The notes beneath the pieces were generated by a model. It searched no databases, was not told the DNA's origin, and saw only the letters and a program-made list of their open reading frames with translations. From Wallemia ichthyophaga EXF-994 (Eukaryota > Fungi > Basidiomycota), in NCBI RefSeq assembly GCF_000400465.1, contig NW_008806283.1, forward strand, positions 240,001 to 272,000: a DNA stretch of 32,000 bases. Direction: 5' to 3'. Below are positions 10,670 to 19,133 of the stretch, one piece after another. The translations under genes and the position numbers were made by a program. Position 1 is the first letter of the stretch. The number at the start of each line of letters is the position of its first letter.

Positions 10670-10727
10670 AATAAATAACTAAATTCATTCTTGATTGGTC
10701 ACCGTCATCTAGTCTGTTACGCGTGAA

Positions 10728-12212
10728 ATGGATTCCAATTGGAGATTTGCACAGTGCTTTGGGGATAAGGTGGGCATTATAAAAATGCAAGTGGATCCAT
10801 GTTTATATTTCGCAGGGAGACGTGGAGGAAGTTACAGAGGGTTCGTTGTTGTAGGCGTACACACCGACACCGACTGATTCCCCTACAGCAGATATAATAT
10901 CCACAGTGGAATTCGACCAGACAGGCGACTACCTCGCAACGGGCGACAAGGGTGGCCGCGTTGTTCTCTTTGAAAGGAATGAATCTGTGGGTTGGGTGCT
11001 CTGGCATTCCAATCACTCTAATCGCTATATTCACAGAAAAAAGGCTGCGAGTACAAATTTCATACTGAATTTCAATCCCACGAACCAGAATTTGATTATT
11101 TGAAGTCTTTGGAGATTGAGGAGAAGATTAACAAGATTAACTGGTGCAAGAGGCAGAATAATAGCCACTTCCTCTTATCCACAAATGACAAAACTATCAA
11201 GCTTTGGAAGGTATTTGAAAAATCACTCAAGGTTGTCTCAGAGAACAACCTCAGCGCCAGTCACCCTTCCCCACCCTCGTCTCTCAATCTCCCAAAGATC
11301 ACGCAGCCTCCTCATCCATCCACCACCAAGTCCCTCAGGCTACCGAGAATGTCTCATCATGACACCATCGTCGCTGCTGTTCCCCGCAAAGTCTACGCTA
11401 ATGCACACGCTTATCATATAAACTCTATCGCAATAAACAGTGACGGGGAATCTTACTTATCCGCCGACGACCTCAGAATCAACCTATGGAACTTGGGTAT
11501 CTCTGATCAGTCTTTTAACATAGTCGACATCAAACCAAACAGCATGGAAGATTTAACTGAGGTTATAACTGCTGCTGACTTCCACCCGATCCACTGCAAT
11601 CTCTTCATGTACTCTTCTAGCAAGGGTACTATCAAATTGGCCGACATGAGAGATCAGGCTTTGTGCGACCGACATGCAAAGTTGTATGAGGAGGAAGAGG
11701 ATCCTTCAAACAAATCCTTCTTCTCAGAAATAATCTCTTCCATATCTGATGTCAAGTTTTCTAAAGATGGCAGGTATATTCTCTCTAGGGATTACCTTAC
11801 ACTAAAAATATGGGATCTCAAAATGGATAACAAGCCAGTCAAAACAATCAATATCCACGACCATCTCCGCACAAAGTTATGTGAACTTTACGAAAATGAT
11901 TGCATCTTCGACAAGTTTGAGTGTACATTCTCAGGCGACGGTAATCAAGTTATGACAGGCTCTTACGACAACTACTTCCACATCTATAACAGCGATCCTG
12001 ACAACACCAACGACGTAGTCTTACAAGCAGACAAGTCTGCATTCAAGGCAAAGAAAATAGGCGCAAAGTCGTTTAATAAGAAGGATGATATCAATCTCGA
12101 CAACATCGATTTCAACAAGAAGATTCTACACGGTTCTTGGCATCCACATGAAGATACTATCGCAATCGGCGCAACTAACAACCTATTCCTATTCTCTCGA
12201 TTGTCTAGTTAG
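10728..12212 (+). CDS. CDC55: Protein phosphatase 2A regulatory subunit B55
   Basis: Exons 10728-10769, 10816-10840, 10889-10986, 11037-12212 give [14 protein letters not shown]|GDVEEVTEA|[29 protein letters not shown]..|[32 protein letters not shown]. Also [34 protein letters not shown]. Confidence 0.97.
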
Positions 12213-12679
12213 CTGGGAGTGGATAGTGATCACAAATGTAACATTATACAATATAATGCACACGATTTCTTTATTAGTGAAAATTCATTATTTATAAAGT
12301 TTATATACATTATTGTACATGATTATACATGATTATACATGTCCGCCTCCTGATTACGTCTAATGCGACAGATTCACATAAACTTTGCCCAGTTGGCCAA
12401 ATACTATAGCTTTTCGATGTAAAAGGAATCCTACACGCTTTACCACTGAGCATAAAGGTGTAGCTGTCAAAAGCCATGGAAGTTAAGATGAGGCATGTTG
12501 TGCCTTTTTATAGGTGTAAAAATTTAAAATGGCAAAAATTCTTATGTGAGTGAAAGGGGAAATGATTTATTACGTAGGCAGAATTGGGACTCTGCTAAGC
12601 CCTTTCGTGACTTTTATACCTGGTATTGCACTCACAAATCCCCAATAACGACTTTTCCATTTCTTCCATCGATGACATC

Positions 12680-14438
12680 ATGCTGCAATCGCTGCAATCA
12701 GCGCTGAGGGGAGAAGACAAGATAAAGTGTTTCTTTTGCGGAGCAAGTGCACCACGGCGGGTAAATCACAGCAATACACCACACGCACACGCAATCTCAT
12801 TCACATGCGCCTCGTGCCACCAACACAACGCTTACGGGGAGGACGGGGAGGTCCAGGATGTATACGCGCCCGTGACAGCCGCCACGCAGCACCAGCTGCG
12901 CTACCGCGGTCGAGGGCGTGGTGTGACGGCGGATGCACACACACATGCGCACACAAACGGAGAGAGAGAGAGCGACAGCCCCCTCTGTCGTACGTGCACG
13001 ACTAACCAGACACTCGTGCACACTCTCCTCACTAACAACCAGGACGAGTGCGACGGCGATGCGCAGCTACAGCGGTATAGGCACGCGCTTGAGACCCGTT
13101 ATCCCCCGCTTTGCTCTCCTTGTAAGGCCATGGTCGATGAGATCATCCAACAGCGCGATTATAAGGCTAAATCGGCTGCTTTGGGTGGACTGCTCGCGCG
13201 TAGTCGCGGGAGTGGTAGTAGCGGTCGGAATAGCAATAACAATAGCAATAACAATAACAATAACAATAACAATAACAATAACAATAACAATAACAATAGC
13301 ACTAGCAATAACAATAGCCTCAAACACTCACGCTCCCACTCCCCCGTCGGACGTTACTCGTATCTTGTGTGGTGTCTGCGCGGTGCGGCGTGGGTGTTGA
13401 ACAATGCACTGTATTGGCGCTTGCACTGGTGTGCTTATAAGCACTGGTATGTGTGTGGGTATGGACATGCACAAGATACACTACCGCTCTCACTCCCCCT
13501 CACTCACCCCCTCGCTATCCCACTCACGCTACTGTTCGCGTGCTGGGACCCGTCGTGGGGGCGAGCGCAGAAGCGGCGACGGCGCAGCGGGTGGGTCGTA
13601 GTGCGTGGGCGGGCGATGTGGATACGCGTGCAGCTGCTCGTCTGGCTCGAGCGGGCATGTCTAGTGCTCGCACTGGCGCTGGGCCTGCAGGTTAGGAGTG
13701 AGAGTGGGGTGTCACAAGTATCGCTCAGGCAAACTAAACACCTCACTCTCCCTTTCGCCCCACTCACCCTGCTACTTTTCGAAGTCGTCGTCCAGGCTTT
13801 CGCCCTCTCGCGTATCAGCGTCGTCGGGATGCGCCAACTTAACCTGTCGTCGACGGTTGGGCGGGGAGGGAGTGAATATGCTGGAGTGGCTGCAAGCAGT
13901 ACAAAAGATACTCCGTCTACTCAGCCTACAGACGCAGCAGCAGCAGCAGATAATCTCCACCATGCCCTCACCTTGGGCAACTTGGGCACCGCGGATATGG
14001 ACACGCTCAAGTCGCAGAAGTTGCCTGTGTTTGTGGGTCATGCGCTATATTGGTGTAGCTCACCTCAATAACTTTCATTAGGGCGAGGCATCACTCCGGC
14101 CGAGGGATGAGCGTGGAGAAGGGGAAACAGAGGGAAAACAAGATAAAACAATGGATAATGATGAAATGGAATGGATACCCGAAATAGAAAGCACTAGAGA
14201 GAGTCGTCAGCACCCTCGTTATAATCACGCGCTCAAACCACAGCGGTTCTTTGCACCACAGGATAAACAGCGCACGGGATTGGAAGGGCCATTGAGTAGT
14301 GTGAGCCTGGGTGGTATGAGTGATGTTAACAGGGGTGCTGATAGGGAGAAGAACGGGATGAAGATGGGAGTCGTGGTGGGCGTGTTGTTTGGTATAATAC
14401 TGGTACTACTCGCAGCTGTGTTTGCTTATAGTAAATAA
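12680..14438 (+). CDS. IMA1: Ima1/Samp1-like inner nuclear membrane protein with N-terminal zinc-finger region
   Basis: CxxC pairs CFFC, CASC, CRTC, CSPC and LETRYPPLCSPC, then hydrophobic segments. Intron 14033-14081 joins PVF|GEASL to MEWIP..LKPQRFFAP..TGLEG and a C-terminal TM helix. Start chosen at the ATG at 12680. Confidence 0.7.
13229..13318 (+). repeat. (AATAAC)n microsatellite encoding poly-Asn
   Basis: Eight perfect AATAAC units at 13247-13294, flanked by AATAGC variants, in frame in the Ima1-like gene. Confidence 0.95.
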
Positions 14439-14966
14439 TAAATGAATTAATTTTTTCTTTTAAATTTTCACAGGTATAAATAACACGCGTCTGACATCTG
14501 AACAACTTGATCAAAAACCATCGATGGACATTATGCCACGATTATTGGGATCAAAGGTTTCCCGGTAATTGCCACGTCCGTTCGTAGATAAACAACCAAC
14601 TTTAAAAGAATCGTGCAGCTGCGTGTCCTTTGGCATGAGTAGGTGTGTGAGCCGAGAGTTGGTGACATTAAAATACTTGAAAGAAGCTTCAAATATGCTA
14701 GGGTAAGTGCATTGCATTCTCCTTTGATGCCCAGCACATGAAGTAATATTGTGATGACAAGAATAAAAAAAACTGATTTAATGAATGCGAGTAATTTAAT
14801 ACTTTGAGCTCAATAATTCTACGTCTGATAATTATTTAATGGCTGGGCAGGAGATAGACAAAGAGATTTATCTGACTTGGGTTGCAGATGTAGAGCTTAT
14901 AAAAGACGAAAATTTTGTAAAGATAGATATTACTATGATATACAGACATCTTGATAACTACCACGA

Positions 14967-17603
14967 ATGTCCCGCCCATGGCCTCATTTACCTGTGAAAT
15001 TAGAAGCCAAGGAGGAGCCGGTGGAAAGCGCAGTTGTGGAAGAGAATGTTAACGCAGGACAGAACACAGGCACAGATTGTGAACTATGGCCACAAAACTC
15101 AACACAATCGACTAAACAAGCCATTGAGCAGAAATTAAGGGAAAGAATGGTTAAGGAGAATAAACTTATTTCACATACCCTTAGACGTCCTGATGGTATC
15201 GCTGTGGATTGGAGATATAAACAGATGGCTTTCGGTGACGGTGGTGTCATTGATTTGAGTGGCGGTGATAGCGGTGAAGAGCAGTCAATTGAGCAGCCAA
15301 TTGAACAGCCAATTGAACAGCCAATTGAACAAACAGTTGAGCAACCAACAGAGCAATCAACAGAGCAATCAACAGATCAGCCACACACTCTCACACCCAC
15401 TCAGCTCTCCCCTCACCAAGTTCACCAGGTCACTCAAGCTATCAAATACGCACAATTGCCAAATCTATCCACTAGTAACGATGATCACGTTTACAATAAT
15501 CCTAATCATAGTGTAATTGGCCCTGAAAACACTTCAAACACCGCTAGCACTTCATTTCCCACCTCACCAACTTACCCATCGAATCCAGCTAACTTTAGAC
15601 ATTCCACTTTCCAATCGGGTGAATTGGATCGTTCAAGCAGCTCTAATAATACCAACTACCGCAACAACTCCAACAACTCCCCTCAACAAAACCACACGCC
15701 TTTCCTCCCACAGCGTCCAGAGCTGCCAATCCACACTCGCCGCGCGGCGAAACCGATCAAAGTACCAACGAATCCCACTCCTCGGGCAAATAGCTATGCA
15801 GGGAATGGGAATACCAAGACAAACAGAAACACACACCCTGCACCTGCTGAACCTGCTGCACTTGCTCACAGACAGCCCTACACTGCCTTACCTCCTATCG
15901 CACCCAAGGGTCTAACCATTAATAGACAACCGCGCAGCCCCTCACCCCCTCTACCCAACGAAACTCCTTCGAAGCAATACGAGCTGCATATGATGGATAA
16001 AAGTAGGCGCGAAAACAACCATCTGCACAGCTTTCGCTCTGATAGGCAGAAAGAGTCACTCGATAGGACACACGATCAGCGCAAACGTATGCAGGATAGG
16101 GTTTGCGAGAAGGATAGGGAGAAAGACAAGGAGAAAGACAAGGAGAGATACAGATTGATTTACCGCGACAGAGAAAGAGAGATTGAGAGGGAAAGAGAAC
16201 GCGACCGCGAGAAGAGAGACAAAGATCGCCATCTTGAACTAAAGAGAGTCAAAGAGAGAGAAGAATCGACACTGCGCAAAGAGGCGGAACTCGACAGGCT
16301 CCAGGCAGAAATGCGCAAGCGGATGCAAGAGAGGGAGGAGGAAGACAAGAAGCGGCGAGAGGAAGACAAAAAGCAACAGGAAGAGAATAGAAAAAGGGAG
16401 GAGGAGGAGAAAAGCCTACTGGAGCGGGTAAAGAATGACGCGATTAAGGCGGCGACAGCAGCACCAGTAACAACAGCAACGACAACAGTACCAACAACTA
16501 AACCAAAAAGTGCACCTGAAAGAATGCCCGAACGGGTACCAGAAAGAGAGCATTCCCTGAGCGCTTCAAGTGACGCAGACTCAGAACTTAATACTTCCAG
16601 CATAGAAGAGTACAACAGGATAGATCTCAGTCAACTCGAAAAGATACCGACCAATCAACCACAGTTAGTGGTTCATTTAGGTAAAATAGCTGTGGGTGTG
16701 TCGACAATATAATCCTAGCCAACTCAACTGATTAACAGGGTATAATGAATAGTTTGAGTACAATGAAGATACCACTACCGCCCACATTTTACGACACAGT
16801 GAGACGAGTGGGAGTGATTGACAGCCACACGGAAAAGGCGTGGCGTGAGCTTGTTTATGGGAGCAAAGAGGAGTATGAAAGCATAGATTTCAACCAACTC
16901 GAACAGATACCACGGGATAAAGCGCAGTTAGTGACAAGACTGGCTAAAATAGCAGTGAGTGGGGGTAAAACGAACATGGTCACGCAGCACACCAACTAAT
17001 CGCACTCGACAGGGTCATATAGATTACTTGGGACATATGCAACCACCCTACCCGGATGACCTAACCGATACGGTGAGACGGGTGGGAGTGATTGACTCGC
17101 ACACCGAGAAGGCGTTGCGAGATTGCGGCGTTGCTCGTAGGAGCACCAGCAGGGGCGATAGCAGACGTAGCACGTCGGTTGTCCCCATTCCCAGCGTGTC
17201 GAAGAGCAGCAAGAGCAAGAAGCGCACGAGTGACGAACGCGAGCGGAAGAAGGAGAGGAAGAAGGAGAAGGAGAAAGACAGGGAAAGAGAGGAGCGCGAG
17301 GAAAAAGAGAAGGAGAAAGACGATAAAGACAAAGAAGACATTCAACCACCACCCAAGAAAAAGAAGCGGAAGAGTGAAAGTGACAGGGCAAGCAGCAGCT
17401 CACGCAAAAACAAGGGATATGGGCTGGAAGCCATGAGCCAACAGTCCAAGGACAAGGACAAGGAGAAAACGCGCCAAGCGACGCCTGAAGAGCTCGACAT
17501 TAACGCTCTCAATAAGGGTATCAGTGGGAAAGCGCAGGGGGAGATCAACGAAGATGGTGACGATTGCCTGAGGCCGTTGATAGACAAAAAGCGTCGTCGT
17601 TAG
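14967..17603 (+). CDS. Uncharacterised ~843-aa low-complexity, highly charged, probably nuclear protein with a duplicated ~72-aa module
   Basis: Exons 14967-16691, 16739-16954, 17013-17603; introns 16692-16738 and 16955-17012 (both phase 0, GT..CAG) link three ORF-track fragments in frame. R/E/K/D-rich coiled-coil tracts and NLS-like PPPKKKKRK. I recognise no family. Confidence 0.75.
15287..15382 (+). repeat. 12-bp coding minisatellite, 8 degenerate units (IEQP/TEQS repeats)
   Basis: AATTGAGCAGCC, AATTGAACAGCC x2, AATTGAACAAAC, AGTTGAGCAACC, AACAGAGCAATC x2, AACAGATCAGCC. Confidence 0.9.
16607..17120 (+). repeat. Intragenic tandem duplication (two copies, each with an intron at the same position)
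   Basis: Copy 1: EEYNRIDLSQLEKIPTNQPQLVVHLGKIA|GIMNSLSTMKIPLPPTFYDTVRRVGVIDSHTEKAW. Copy 2: EEYESIDFNQLEQIPRDKAQLVTRLAKIA|GHIDYLGHMQPPYPDDLTDTVRRVGVIDSHTEKAL. Spacing equals 216 coding nt plus the intron length. Confidence 0.92.
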
Positions 17604-17647
17604 TGAAAAATAGAGGAAAAAAAAGTTGTAACAGTACATGCATTAAT

Positions 17648-18325
17648 TTATCGAGTACAAGTAGATGTCGTGGTGGAGGGATCGCGTGTCATTCTGAGAT
17701 AAGGTTTTTTATAATCCAAATTCCCAAATGACTTTTCGGCGTCGTCGTTGGTGAGTGATGGGTGAACGATGACGCTATCGCCCTTGTTCCAATTAGCGGG
17801 GGTAGTGACGCGATAATTATCACCCAGCTGGAGACTGTCAATTGCCCTGAGTATCTCAGACCAGTTCCTGCCAGTGCTAGCCGGGTAGGTGAGCATCATT
17901 CTAATCGTCTGAGTGGGATCGATGACGAAGACTGAGCGCACTGTGAGTGGAGCACCGTGAGTGTCTACATTAGTAACATCTAGTTGGTCGAGCATATCGT
18001 ACAATCCCGCCACGTTTCTCTGCGCATCTGAGATTATCGGGAAGGGTACTTGTGTATCGTATAGCTCGTTTATGTCTCCAATCCAGCCGTGATGGGAGGC
18101 GAGGTCGTTGATGGACAAACCCAGCAATTTAACGCGTCTATCGGTGAACTCTGTGGCTATTTTAGACAAAGCACCTATTTCTGTCGTGCACACTGGCGTA
18201 TAATCGTCTGGATGGCTGAAGAGCATTGTCCAGCTGTTGCCGATGTACTCGTGCAGGTGGATACGTCCGTGGGTAGTGTCGGCTGTGAAATCGGGTGCTT
18301 TGCTGCCGAGATGGAGAGAAGGCAT
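17648..18325 (-). CDS. PRX1: 1-Cys peroxiredoxin (Prx6 family)
   Basis: MPSLHLGSKAPDF, LFSHPDDYTPVCTTE (peroxidatic PVCTTE), TVRSVFVIDP, YPASTGRN, TPANW..GD.VIV, KPYLR. Intronless. Confidence 0.93.
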   Translation of the reverse strand: MPSLHLGSKAPDFTADTTHGRIHLHEYIGNSWTMLFSHPDDYTPVCTTEIGALSKIATEFTDRRVKLLGLSINDLASHHGWIGDINELYDTQVPFPIISDAQRNVAGLYDMLDQLDVTNVDTHGAPLTVRSVFVIDPTQTIRMMLTYPASTGRNWSEILRAIDSLQLGDNYRVTTPANWNKGDSVIVHPSLTNDDAEKSFGNLDYKKPYLRMTRDPSTTTSTCTR

Positions 18326-18374
18326 CGTGGTGGTTGTGGTTGTTGTGGTGGTGTCTTCTTACTCGGAAACGATC

Positions 18375-18986
18375 ATGATGCTGGGAGGATTGCGAGGATT
18401 GCGGGGAGTGGCTGGTCATGCTACACCTCCCGCGCGCAGCAGAGCGTTCATCACGCTCCCCGATTTCTCCAGCACTAGCCCGCCAGCGACATACACCGAG
18501 GAGAGGCTATTGCCGTATGCGCAGCGTGATTTATGGAGGATGGTGGCGGATGTTGGCAGGTACAGCAAGTTTGTGCCGCACTGCACGCATTCCCGTGTCT
18601 TGGGTAGCGGGGAGCGGGAGCGGGAGCGGGAGTGGAAGCAGAACCAGGAACAAGACGCAAAACTCAGCACCACCACCACCGTCGAAGCAGAACTGGGCGT
18701 CGGGTTCAAGGGTTTCGAAGAGAGGTACACGAGTGTAGTGACGCTGCAGCCGTTCCACACCGTCACCGCTAGAGCTAGCTCTCAGACACCGCTGTTCAAG
18801 TCGCTCGAAACGCGCTATCGATTCACGCAGCACTCGCATACACACACCCTCCTGGCTATTGAGCTCGAATACGCCTTCAGTAACCCCCTCTACGCGGCGC
18901 TGTCATCCACCTTCTTCGACGGCGTCAGCCACGCGATGGTGAATGCGTTCGAGGAGAGGGCGCGTGTGGTTTGTGGAAGGGTGTAG
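18375..18986 (+). CDS. COQ10: Coenzyme Q-binding START-domain protein
   Basis: Presequence-like N-terminus (LRGLRG..RSRAFITLP), LPYAQRDLWRMVADVGRYSKFVPHC, AELGVGFKGFEERYTSVV, LFKSLETRYRF, FSNPLYAALSSTFF, MVNAFEERA. The ORF-track start at 18237 lies antisense inside PRX1 and is not credible. Confidence 0.88.
   Translation: MMLGGLRGLRGVAGHATPPARSRAFITLPDFSSTSPPATYTEERLLPYAQRDLWRMVADVGRYSKFVPHCTHSRVLGSGEREREREWKQNQEQDAKLSTTTTVEAELGVGFKGFEERYTSVVTLQPFHTVTARASSQTPLFKSLETRYRFTQHSHTHTLLAIELEYAFSNPLYAALSSTFFDGVSHAMVNAFEERARVVCGRV
18608..18633 (+). repeat. (GGGAGC)n hexamer repeat encoding ERERERE in COQ10
   Basis: Three perfect units plus GGGAGT, in frame. Confidence 0.85.
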
Positions 18987-19037
18987 TGTGAGAGTGGATA
19001 GGAGAGTCATGTAAACAATGTAATGCATGCCACGCAC

Positions 19038-19133
19038 TCATATTCATATTCATACTCATACTCACAATCCCTTCAAAATCCCTTCAAAATCCCTTCAAAA
19101 TGCCTTCAAAATGCCTTCAAAATCCGCTCAAAT
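19038..19133 (+). repeat. Compound repeat: TAYTCA x4 followed by an 11-bp minisatellite (SCCTTCAAAAT) x5 plus a degenerate unit
   Basis: TATTCA x2 and TACTCA x2 at 19041-19064; CCCTTCAAAAT x3 and GCCTTCAAAAT x2 at 19069-19123. It lies between the convergent COQ10 and acyltransferase genes and overlaps the latter's stop codon. Confidence 0.92.

Noticed and set aside
65-12212. Two PP2A regulatory subunits (striatin-like and B55) within about 10 kb
   Set aside because: They are separated by six unrelated loci; in a gene-dense genome this is readily coincidental without synteny evidence.
12310-12477. 55-codon minus-strand ORF (MAFDSYTFMLSGK...)
   Set aside because: No recognisable motif, and it ends in an AT-rich repeat. 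It overlaps the hairpin region, which explains the sequence equally well.
12529-12648. ATG plus GTGAGT donor as an extra first exon of IMA1
   Set aside because: The only nearby acceptor gives a 36-nt intron and a frame that stops at 12646-12648, out of frame with IMA1.
19069-19133. 11-bp repeat array as CRISPR-like or telomeric
   Set aside because: The units are contiguous with no spacers, the genome is eukaryotic, and the unit is not a TTAGGG-type repeat; an ordinary minisatellite.
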